From NCBI GenBank assembly GCA_964035545.1, contig CAXIUT010000016.1:1-24814 (forward strand): 24,814 bases of DNA. The letters run 5' to 3'. Positions 1-12,700 of the stretch are shown here, piece by piece. A model generated the notes under the pieces. The model ran no database searches. It was not told the origin of the DNA and saw only the letters and a program-made list of their open reading frames with translations. Position 1 is the stretch's first letter. Each line of letters opens with the position of its first letter. A program made the translations under genes and the position numbers. Origin of the DNA: Bugula neritina. Taxonomy: Eukaryota; Animalia; Bryozoa.

Positions 1-86
1 CCAACCCCAACCCCAACCCCAACCCCAACCCCAACCCCAACCCCAACCCCAACCCCAACCCCAACCCCAACCCCAACCCCAACCCC
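1..86. repeat. Left telomere, (CCCCAA)n
   Basis: Perfect CCCCAA tandem repeats from base 1, ending ...AACCCC|TTGAAC. C4A2/G4T2 is the Tetrahymena-type ciliate telomere repeat. Confidence 0.98.
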
Positions 87-759
87 TTGAACAAAGAGAT
101 AGATATCTTAGATTATTGATATATATTTGATTCTATCAAAATTAATTTATTGATATGATAAAGTTGATGAAAAGGTCTCAATACTATAATTACATGAATA
201 AAAGATAAATAAAAGCAATGAAAAATTCTCAAGAGAGATACTTCAACTATGAGTTATAAGATTAGAATTACTTGATAATCAAATATTCTCATCTCCTATT
301 GCTAGTTTTTACCTAGAAGTAATATTTATGAAGCTTAAAATGCGTAATTTTAGTCATCATTGGATCGATTTTTTTTAAAAAAACTTCGAAAAAAGAGTTT
401 CTGTTGCATGTAAAAAGATAAGATTTGACAAAATCTTAACAAATTAGAGTATATTCATGATAAATAAGTGATAAAAGGGTCTAAAATTTGATAAATATGA
501 TCTAAAAATATTCAAGAAATCATCGTAAAACAAGATAAAAACCTACAATTTAGACAAAAAAGATTAGCTGAGACTCCAGGATAGATAAAAAGATGAATAA
601 TTTATTGATCAAAGAATCATGATGATTATTTGGTCTTATAAATTAGTTTTGATTGATATGAATATATAAGTAAAATAGATCTTAGTTTATTAATTATCAT
701 TTCAAAAATATCTTATTAAAAATTCAATAGGTTAAAATTAGAATCAAATTTACGATAAA

Positions 760-3700
760 TCAATTAAAGCCTTTTTCAAAAATGTCCTTACTATCCTGAC
801 CAATATATTCAACTACAATGACAGAATCGTCCATTCCTTCTTGATCTTTTGACTTCTTCTTCACCACAATACTATCGTCAGGAAGAACTTTTGACTGATT
901 ATTTCTATGCCTCTTGATGAGAATTACTGCAATTACCAGAATAATAATTAGTGCCACTCCACCAGCTGCTGCTCCAATCATCATACCCATACCAGATGCT
1001 CCTTCTTCTCCTGCATTTTCATTATCTGATGGTGTCTGAGCGTCACTTATTGCTGTTATTTCTGTCCCTGTTACCTAGTAATCTGTTCCTGGTAAACCTT
1101 AAGCCAATCCTGCTGATAAAGTTTATGCTGCTTCTTCAGGTGTAGTTTATCCATCAGGATCAGCAGTTCCTTCAAGGATAGTAGAACCATTCCTCAGATC
1201 TTTGAAAGTAATAGCATTTGTGTTGTTTGTTGACTGTTTAAGAATCGAAAGAATGGCTCGAATAATACTAAAGAGGTCAGCTAGAATTGTATCAAGATCA
1301 ACTGCTATAACTATCTTGAAACTGACATAATTATTGACCTGACACTTCCATTTCTTTCTAGTATATCCATCGATACAAGTCAAACAGTTTCTCTTAGATC
1401 CTTTGCAAGTTAGACATGGAGATTTACATTTAAGACAGCGACCTCTATTTGATCTTCTTTTCAAAGTATATCCTTCAGCACAGCCAGTACATACAGATCG
1501 ACTCTTGCAAGTAGTACACTTAGTTTTGCAGCTTTAACAAGTTCCATCAGTTGAGTTAACATAGAATCCTTTCTCGCAAATGATGCATGACTTAGGATTA
1601 TAAAGAGCACACTGAAGGCAGTTTGATTTGACTGGACATTCTTAGCATGTAGCTCCTAACTGTTCAGTTAACAAATATAATTTAAGACCTTGTCCGCAGC
1701 CAGTACAAGCATTATCGGCATTACATGTGAGGTTGGCAGTACACTGACCAGTTGCTTGGGTCAGAATAACTCCTTTTTAGCATTGTGTGCAGAACGTAGG
1801 TTGACCTGGAGCACATTTAATACAAGGTAACTCGCATTATTGAACACAGACTCCAGTTGTATCAGCAACATATCCATCGAAACATTCGCTACATCCATTT
1901 TGATCGCACTAAAGGCATTTATCAGGACATTCCAGACAGTATCCATCAACAAGTCGAAGTCCTTAGTTACAAGTAGTACAATCTATGATTCTGGCAGGGT
2001 TGCAACTGCTGCAATTGATAGCACATCCCACACAAATACCATTCGAATCAGCACTAAATCCACTTATACATTCAGTACAGATAGTACTATCAGTGCAGTT
2101 AAGACAGTTATCACCACAAGGTTAACAACCAGCAGCTCCCATGAACTCAGTTGGTGGACAAGTAGTGCAGTTAGTTGATGAGAAAGTGCAGGCAACACAC
2201 TCATCAGCACATTCTTCACAAGTTTAGAGTTGCTAGTTGAAGAAACTTCCTTGGAAGCAAGTTGAACATTTAGTCGAGTTATCAGATTAGCAAACTTGAC
2301 ATCCAGGAGCACAACTACGGCAAGTGGAAGTAGTTGCTTAGAAGGCATAACCTTAAATACAAGCTGTGCATTAGCAATTAGTGCAGCCAGGAGCACAAAC
2401 TTTGACTTCTCCATCTTAAACCTATGATCTGTAGCTTCCTGATTGTTCATTGTTGAAAGAAGCTTAAATTCCATTGATTTCTTTGAGATGAACTTCTCTG
2501 ACTTCTGGAGTGCTTGTAATTTTAGTTTAGTTATACAAGTAGCTGATGCCTGCACTATTGGTAATGACTCTTGACTTAGACCATACTCTGTCAGATGGTA
2601 AAGTAGTTGATCCATGATAGGCTTCCATCATCATAGCATCTCTTTAAATGTAGAAAATATATTAATTTTAAAGGGATCCTGATGTTGGAGTTCTCATATA
2701 TACAAAGATTTCAGTTAGTGAGAAACTTGTTTGATCTACAAACTTAATTGTATCAACAGGATAAGAGATGCTTATCGATGTCTTTTAGGTGTAGTTGATA
2801 TGATAAAGCTCAACTTTATGAGTAATTTAGTAACTAGCATAAATTCTGATGTATCTTCCAGCTATAAGAACTTTAGTTAATTTTGGAGACACTTGTATTT
2901 GAGGAGTGTTGTTGAAGGCTTTTTCTGAATAGTTGAAACAACTTCCTAGAACTCCATTATTATCAGTAAAAGCAAAGACTTATCCGACACTATTTGATCC
3001 AGAACCATAACTAGCAGTTACCATCACTCGATTGCTATAAGAGTAAATATCACTACTGATATCAAAAGTAGTATCATGAGTATAGATACTTGTAAAGGCA
3101 TTAGTTGTTGAGCTGTATTTCCAGATAGATGGGCCATTACTTTCCAAAATATAAGTAAGTTCTTTATCTATCTTTTTCCAAGAAAGAGAAGCTGGAATAG
3201 TGATAGGAATCTGACTAGAAGTAGAAACTATTTTCAAAAGAAGAACTCCCACTCTGACTCTAGTGCAATCTTCTGACATTCCCCAAGTCTAAGTCGTAGT
3301 ATGAGGAGATACACCAGCTGTAGTCAGTTAATCACTGATATCTGCAGTAAAATCAAAGGTTTTAGAAACACTATTGAAGGTGTAAATTTTGTAACTAATA
3401 GTAGTTGAGACTTAAACTTTAATAATTTTACACTTCTTGTTCTGATGTACAACAGTGCAGATACCATTGACACTGAAAGTACTTTCTACTGTATTTGTTG
3501 ATGTACTGTTATCTTAAGTGATCACTGTGAAGTTAGTAATAGAACCATCATTCCACAAGTAAGTCCAGTAGAAGTCATTTGAAGATGACTCATGATATTC
3601 TAGATGTTGTGGCTAATTGAAGGTTATATAAGCATTATTGACTTTTTTCTGAACTACTCTGTTGGTAAGAATACTTCCATAATCCAATCCTTTGACCATC

Positions 3701-6700
3701 AAATTAGTCACTATGTTTGAGCTACCATCTGAAGTATTATAAACGAGTAAAGCCACAAGTTTATTATTCTAACTTGAGTCAATAGCCAATCTCTTGAAGC
3801 TAAACATTTATAAAGCTGAAGAATCGTATGTTAATTCCAATAAACTTCCGAAAGTAAGGTTTCTATAACGAAGGAAAACAACCATATTGTTAACTATTTG
3901 ATAAGCTTCTTAGATATAGAACTTGGGATCTCTAGTTGGATAGTAAGATGAGTCGTTTCTCATAATGATGAAGTTGTCAGTAAGATCCATTGAAGTACTA
4001 GTTTTAGTTTAGTTGAGAGTTTATAGAATACGAGTTGGATTACGGAAAATCAGATCTGTTATGGTCTTTTGAGTGTAATATACTTTCTTAAAGATAACAT
4101 TGTTAATATCGTTTCTTCTGACAATAGAACTCCAAGAGACTGTTTTTGTAGTATTAGAGTAGTTGAAACCAAAAGTATTAAGAGATGGAGAGTAGATAAG
4201 CTCTATTCCACTGACATCAGCGAAGTTTTATTCAATGATTCCATTAACATCAACTCTTCCTACAGTTGAAAAGCTTGTAGCTTCATTGTTAAACACAAAT
4301 ATGCTGAGGTTAGTCATCAAAGTGTACAAATCAGTCGCAAAAGAGTAAGAAGTATTTCCAAGTACATTTGAGTTAGCTCCATGAGCAATGATTTTATCTC
4401 CTTAACTCTTGATCTTGTAAGTTTGATAACTAGGGAAAGAATAGAGTTCACTAAAGGTTGTAGTAGCTTGATTGTATTTATAGAGTTTATTATTAGAGAT
4501 ATGATACATCAGATCTTGTGATGAAGATTGATGATTCCATCCTGAGTTGAAGCTCACTGCTGTCATAGATGTCCAATCAGAACTAACTTGATAGATAGTA
4601 GTTTGCTTAGTAGAATATTGGAAGTATTTGATGATACTACAGTCTTCACTAACTGATAGAGATCTTGACAGTTCACCTCTATTTATTGATGGGAATGCTG
4701 AAACAAAGTTGATTTATCCAAGTATACTAAAGGTTAAAGAAGTTCTATCCCATCTTAAGAGTCCAATTGAATTAACATTTTCATTAACTACAATACTACA
4801 TGATAAGCTACCTGTTGATCTCACTAAATAAGTCCATTTTCCAGCTTTTGTAACACTATATCTTGATGACTTATAAGTTGAAGGATCTGCTTCAGTAACA
4901 TTGTCTGTACCTGCAGATCTATTGAAGACTTGCAATTTGAACTAAGTTTGATTACTACTATGAACGATGTTCAAATCTTCAAACTTTTCTGATAAAATAA
5001 GTATATGTTAGATAGAATAGCTAAGTTTATTATCTTCAGTTGATTCTTGAAGGTAGTAAAGAGACTATGATTTTATTTCAGGTTATGGTTCATAGGCAAC
5101 TGCTGATGTAATGTCTGTAAGGTTAGTGATCTCAATACAGCTAGTAGTATAGCTCAATCCTGGAATTCCTTGAGCCAATCCTTACTTCAAAGTATCAGCC
5201 ATTTGATAGATATATCCTGATGAAGTAAGACTTCCCTCCAAGATAGTATGAGATCCATTATCTGATTAGACAATTGATTCGAAAGTAACATCTTCAGCAT
5301 CAGTTGATGGTTATCCAATGATAGTTAACAATCCAACAACAATAGAGTCAATATTGGCTAAAACAACTGAAGCATTATTTTCTGATAGGCAAAATTTGAA
5401 TCCAACAAAGATGCTATTTTGACATTTCCATCCTTTTTGAATAAAGCCATCAACACAAGATGTGCATCTAGTTAATGATCCAGCACATGTTTTACAAGGT
5501 TATCGGCAAGCAATACATTTACCTTCAGTAGTGCCACTCATGAGAGTATATCCTTATGAACAACTCATGCAACTAGTTTATCCTTTACATGTAGAACAGT
5601 TAGAGTGACAGGCAACGCAACTACCAATCGCAGAGTTGATATAATATCCGCTTTAACAGATATCGCAGTACAAAATATCTATGTTGTTGCATTGAAGGCA
5701 GTTAGAAATATTAGGGCAAGGATAACAAGTTGGTCCTTCTACTTCAGTCACTAAATAGTAGTTAAGACCTTGTCCACATGAAGTACAAGTGAAAGCTGCA
5801 CTGCAAGAAGTGTTGAAGATACATTTACTAGTTGTAGAGTTAACAAACGATCCTTTTTGACAGCTAGTACAGTTGTTTGGCTGGTTATCTACACAAGTTA
5901 CGCAAGGTAGGTGACATTTTTTGACACAAGTACCATTAGAGTTGAGTCTGTAACCATCTTAGCAAGTAGAACATTCATTATCAGCACATTATAAGCATCT
6001 ACTTGGACATCTTATGCATGAACCATTGAATTATTGCATTCCTTGACCACAGCTGAGACATTGAGTGATGTTATTAGGATCACAACTTGAACATTAAAGT
6101 GAACATCCTCGACATGAACTGTTATCAGAAGTTAGAGTAAATCCAATATCACACTCATCGCAAGATGATAGACTAGAACAAGAAAGGCAGTTTCTAATAA
6201 GGCAATCAGTACAAACCCCACTATCAATAAACTGTTTCGATGGACATGATGTGCAGTTATTTGATACAACAGAACAAGTAAGACAACTTGGCTAACAACT
6301 ACCACAACTGAAGTCAGTACTATTCCAAACAGTGCTAGTGGAACAAGCTGTGCAGTTAGAGGGGTTACTAGCTGAACATTAAATACATCCAGGAGCACAA
6401 GCTTTGCATGATGAAGAACTTTGATCATAGGCATATGCTTCGATGCAGGCAGTGCAGTCACAACTAGTACAACCTGGAGGACAGAATTTTACTTATCCAC
6501 CTTAAACTTACGAAGTTACAGAACCATTGTTTTATGAGTTGAAAATGACTTCTTCAGCACTAAGTTAGCGTATATTGACAATTCTTTTCGCCTAAGTTGT
6601 GCTAGATTGATCTAAAGTTTCATTAAAAACAAAAGTTTTTCCAACATTATTGATAACAATACGAGATTTGACCCAATTTACATTAGAATTTAAAGAATCT

Positions 6701-9700
6701 TACATTGTCAGAACATTTAAGATTTTACTATTATAGGCAAAATAATAGACATAGACAGTAGAAATAGTAGTTCTCACATAAAGATACTCATCTCCAAGAT
6801 TCCAATAACTGTTATCAAGTGCTGATATTTCCCATGTCGGGAATTTAATACTTGTATTAGTATGTTCATAATAGTTAATATGATATAGATCTACTTTTTT
6901 GACAATAGTTCCATTTTTCAGTGAATATTGACCAACTACGAGTACTTTACTCAATTTTGGTGAGTGTTTGAGTTCATAAAGATCAAGCCATGTTGATGAA
7001 GAGTATTCGAAACATTTTTCAAGACTATTGCTAGTATGAATATAGTTAAAAGCTTGAATTGTAGCATCATTGTTGGTAGGATCTTTAGATGAAATAACTA
7101 ACCGGTTATTCCATGAATATAACTTACTCCAAAAGTTTAAAGCGACTGCTGGTGTGTATACTTTGCTAAAATTATCTGAATACTAACTGTATTTCCATAA
7201 GGAATTATCACTTTTTTCCATTATATATGTAACATTGTTATCAGTTTTTGACAAATTAAATGATGCTGGCAATGTGAGAGGAACATATTGATGGTAAAAT
7301 GACCTTTTCAAGATAACTTATTTTATTTTAATTCTTTTGCAATCTTCAGAAACTGCCCATTCTGAACTGTCAGCAAGGTCACTTGCAGTATAAGAAGATA
7401 TTTTAAAAGTAATGTCTGCTTCTCCAAGCATATTAAAGTTAGAATCATATGATCGCACTTTGAAGACACTACCTGTGCTGCTGATTTGACATTTATAGAT
7501 CTGGCATTTCCTATTTTGAAGCATTATACTACAAGTTCCTTAAGCAACGAAATTACTTTAGACCAAGTGATTTGTTGTACTGTTTTCAGCTACCTTGGTT
7601 CTAAAATGACTGGTCTGTGTAAGATGGCTGATATAAGTCCAATAGAAGTCATCATCCAAAGAATAAAATTCATCATGAACTGGTTATTAAGTATTTATAT
7701 AGTCAGAAGATTATTCTTAGGGGATAACTCTGTTTGCTGCCACACTTCCATACACAAATTAAGAAGCAATATAGGTCTAACTATCAGCTGAACTGTTGGA
7801 AAGAATAAGACCTACCAGTTTGTTATTATAACTCGTGTCAATGCCCAGATATCTGAAGCTAGAAAGTTTTTGCTTTAATATACTTCTTTCAGAATCAGAT
7901 ATGTTTGAATCAGCATCAAGTAAGTTTCTTTGTCTCAAAAATACCATGTTATTACCAACGATTTCATAAGCCTCTTCAATATAGTCATGATAAGATACAG
8001 CACTTGGATGATACCAAGAATCATTTCTGAGAAGAAGATATTTATTAGTCAAAACTATCCTTTTAGGCTTGTAGAATGATGATATTCCTAGTTGAGTTTG
8101 AAGGAAACGATCTGAACTTCTAAAACCGATATCATATATCTTGCCTCTTGTGTAATCCACTCGTTTGAATACAACTTTGTTTATTGATCCTCTTCTATAG
8201 ACAGTATTTCCTCCGAATTGAGTTGATTGAAGATTATCAGAATAGTTCAAACCGAAGATTGTTAGATCAGGTGAGCAAAGTAGTTAGATTGCACTTTCAT
8301 TTGATAGACTCTATTCGATTATTTAGTTGACATTGACTACATCAATATTTGGTATGTTTGTTACTTGATCTTTAAAGGCATAAATACTGAGGTTAGTTCG
8401 AATTGTGATAATATCCGGTAAACTTTCAATATAACCTGAGTTAGCAGCTGAAACAAGTATATTTAAGTTTGCACTCTTGATTTTGAATGTTTGGTAGCTT
8501 GGGAAAGAGTAAATCTCATCAAATGAGTTAGTATTTTTGTTAACTTTGTAGAGTTTATTACTGAAAACATGGTACATTAGATCATCTGAAGAAGCTTGAA
8601 GAGACATACCAGAGTTAATAGTTAATGGAATTAAAACTAATTGATCGTTCATGTGATAGAAGGAAATGGTCTTGTTCAAATGTTAGAAAGATAATAATGA
8701 ACAATCTTAACTGACTTTGAAAGCAACTTACAATTCTTCTAAAGCTATTTCTAAAGTTGTTGCAGCAGTAAAACTGTTTGAAACAAAGGTACCCATCAAA
8801 CTTTTAAAAGACTTCATATTTTAACTCCATTTTAAGAGACCAAGTTTACTTAACTCAAAGTCAAATACAAGAGAACATCCAAGACTAGTACTAGAACTAA
8901 CAACATGACGCCATGTATTTTAGAAAGCTGCTTTATATGTTGACATCTGATAAGTTGATTAATCTGATGAGTTGAAAGACATATTGTTACTGTTAGATCG
9001 ATTTAAGACTTTTAAGGTAAACTATGTCTTATTTAAGGTTGAGGTTTCAATATTTTCTAATTCTAAACTTTAGAATTTAGGTGAAAAGATTAGCTTTTTA
9101 TCTGCTGAAGAGTTCCGGAAACCAGCAAGAGATGATGAAGTAAGTTCAGGTTATGGAGCATAAGGTCACTCCAATTATAGTAGTAGAGTTGGTGTGGTTT
9201 GAACCTGAAGAGTTGGTGTAGTTGTTAGAGGTGGAGTTAGTGTGGTTGTAGTTGGAGTGGTTTGAGCCTGAAGAGTTGGTGTAGTTGGTGTAGGTCGAGT
9301 TAGTGTGGTTGTAGTTGGAATGGTTTGAACCCGAAGAGTTGGTGTAGTTGTTAGAGGTGGAGTTAGTATGGTTGTAGTTGGAGTGGTTTGAGCCTGAAGA
9401 GTTGGTGTAGTTGGCATAGGTGGAGTTAGTATGGTTGTAGTTGGAATGGTTTGAACCCGAAGAGTTGGTGTAGTTGTTATAGGTGGAGTTAGGTAGTTGG
9501 AATGGTTTGAACCTGAAGAGTTGGTGTAGTTGGCATAGGTGGAGTTAGTGTGGTTGTAGTTGGAGTGATTTGAACCTGAAGAGTTGGTGTAGTTGGCATA
9601 GGTGGAGTTAGTGTGGTTGTAGTTGGAGTGGTTTGAACCCGAAGAGTTGGTGTAGTTGTTATAGGTTGAGTTAGGTGAAACTTGGTCACTTAGTGATCTA

Positions 9701-12700
9701 TAAACCCATTCTTTGACAGCGTAAGTGCCATTCACAGTAGTATTGCAGAGAGTTAAGGCTGTAAGTGGATATCAGGATTGGGATCTATTCCAAGCTCTTT
9801 AAATGAGAGGACATCTGATAGATAAGAATTTGCATTTGTATTTGGGCTATTAGAGAAGTCATCAACAAGAATTCTTTCTCTCATAAAAATGATTTCATTT
9901 TCTACTATTTAATAAGCTTGTTCTACAAGTTTTTGAGTTGTCCAGTTGCTATAGTAAGTATCGTTCCTGACCAATATAAATCTTTCGTCCATGACAAGTC
10001 GTGTAGCTGGTCTCCAACTAACATAAGAATTATTAACTGTCTTAAGGAAAAGTTCAGGTTCTCTGAAGTTGAGGTCATTAATCTTGTTTTGTATATAGTC
10101 TACTTTTTGAACAACAAGTGTCTTTGAGTGACTGGCCTTTGGGTTGTCTCCTAGTAATAAGATGAATTTGAATAATTATATCTTTTGGTATGTGTAATTG
10201 TAAGTTTAATTAGTGTAGTTAAGACCAAAAGAAGTAAGTTCAGGAGAACACAACAAGTCGATGTCAATCCAAGGTCCATAATAGTTTTATCCTTTGATTC
10301 CATTGACTTGAACCTTTTCAATGAAAATAAGATTAGCTCCATTATCATTGAAGACATAAATACTTAAGTTTGCCTAAAGAACTTTAGTGTAAGTATAATA
10401 AGTATCAATGACTTTTGTTTCAGTTGCATAGACTATAAGTCTTCCTGATGCTCCTTTGATTTTTAAAATTTTGAAGATTTTCTGGGAAGGAAAAGAGAAG
10501 GCTAAAGTTTGCATAGTTTCTATTGAACTTATAGAGTTTGGATGAAGATACAAAGTAAATTAGATCTTAACTAGCAACTTAAGGATTCCATTAAGAAGAA
10601 GAAGGAGGATTAACTGCAGACACATACATCCAGTTGGTGCTTGCTTGATAGAGAGTCATCTTTATGTTGAGTTTGTTGAGTTTGAAGTATAATTACTTGC
10701 ATTATTCTTCTTTTCAGTGAAAGATATAAGCGAGCAGTCTTCATTTACCATGAACTCATTTTTAAATCATGTATAGCTCCATTATCCGAACTGAAAGTAG
10801 TCAAAGGGAAGGTTCCAAGGACAGTCAACCCAGTTTTATTCCACCTGAGAAGGCCTATTTGTAAAGTTATTTCATCATAAATGACAGAACAACTAAGGCT
10901 ATCATTAGAACTAACTACATAACGCCACCTACCAGAGTAAATCGTTTAATAAGTAGATAACTTGAAAGTAGTAGGATACCAGTTCATGGCATCACCACTG
11001 TATGAGTTAGCTGATCTATTGAGCACGTTCAACTTGAACTGAGACTAGAAGCCGTGATGTGTAATTTCTAAATTTTAGAACTTAGAAGAAAGAATCAACT
11101 TATTATCAGCTTCAGAATCTTTTAAGAAGAAGAGAGTTGAAGTTTTCATCTAAGGCGATGATGATGTGTTGTAGTTGGAGTGATTTGAACCTGAAGAGTT
11201 GGTGTAGTTGGTGTAGGTGGAGTTAGTGTGGTTGTAGTTGGAGTGGTTTGAACCTGAAGAGTTGGTGTAGCTGGTGTAGGTGGAGTTAGTGTGGTTGTAG
11301 TTGGAGTGGTTTGAGCCTGAAGAGTTGGTGTAGTTGTTATAGGTGGAGTTAGTGTGGTTGTAGTTGGAGTGGTTTGAACCCGAAGAGTTGGTGTAGTTGT
11401 TATAGGTTGAGTTAGGTGAAACTTGGTCACTTAGTGATCTATAAACCCATTCTTTGACAGCGTAAGTGCCATTCACAGTAGTATTGCAGAGAGTTAAGGC
11501 TGTAAGTGGATATTCAGGATTGGGATCTATTCCAAGCTCTTTAAATGAGAGGACATCTGATAGATAAGAATTTGCATTTGTATTTGGGCTATTAGAGAAG
11601 TCATCAACAAGAATTCTTTCTCTCATAAAAATGATTTCATTTTCTACTATTTAATAAGCTTGTTCTACAAGTTTTTGAGTTGTCCAGTTGCTATAGTAAG
11701 TATCGTTCCTGACCAATATAAATCTTTCGTCCATGACAAGTCGTGTAGCTGGTCTCCAACTAACATAAGAATTATTAACTGTCTTAAGGAAAAGTTCAGG
11801 TTCTCTGAAGTTGAGGTCATTAATCTTGTTTTGTATATAGTCTACTTTTTTGAACAACAAGTGTCTTGAGTGACTGGCCTTTGGGTTGTCTCCTAGTAAT
11901 AAGATGATTTGAATAATTATATCTTTGGTATGTGTAATTGTAAGTTTAATTAGTGTAGTTAAGACCAAAAGAAGTAAGTTCAGGAGAACACAACAAGTCG
12001 ATGTCAATCCAAGGTCCATAATAGTTTTATCCTTTGATTCCATTGACTTGAACCTTTTCAATGAAAATAAGATTAGCTCCATTATCATTGAAGACATAAA
12101 TACTTAAGTTTGCCTAAAGAACTTTAGTGTAAGTATAATAAGTATCAATGACTTTTGTTTCAGTTGCATAGACTATAAGTCTTCCTGATGCTCCTTTGAT
12201 TTTAAAATTTTGAAGATTTTCTGGGAAGGAAAAGAGAAGGCTAAAGTTTGCATAGTTTCTATTGAACTTATAGAGTTTGGATGAAGATACAAAGTAAATT
12301 AGATCTTAACTAGCAACTTAAGGATTCCATTAAGAAGAAGAAGGAGGATTAACTGCAGACACATACATCCAGTTGGTGCTTGCTTGATAGAGAGTCATCT
12401 TTTATGTTGAGTTTGTTGAGTTTGAAGTATAATTACTTGCATTATTCTTCTTTTCAGTGAAAGATATAAGCGAGCAGTCTTCATTTACCATGAACTCATT
12501 TTTAAAATCATGTATAGCTCCATTATCCGAACTGAAAGTAGTCAAAGGGAAGGTTCCAAGGACAGTCAACCCAGTTTTATTCCACCTGAGAAGGCCTATT
12601 TGTAAAGTTATTTCATCATAAATGACAGAACAACTAAGGCTATCATTAGAACTAACTACATAACGCCACCTACCAGAGTAAATCGTTTAATAAGTAGATA

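Noticed and set aside
87-91. TTGAA next to the left telomere as a Euplotes-type chromosome breakage signal
   Set aside because: Wrong spacing (adjacent rather than ~17 bp inside), not mirrored at the right end, and the telomere type and genetic code are not euplotid.
2640-2675. AT-rich stretch resembling a short intron
   Set aside because: It reads through in frame as GSLQNQYIFYIQRD with TAR=Gln, has no convincing GT...AG pair, and the frame is conserved on both sides.
6361-6366. Internal GGGGTT, and GT-rich linkers as interstitial telomeres
   Set aside because: A single hexamer inside coding sequence. The linker GT richness follows from Asn/Thr/His/Tyr codons on the other strand.
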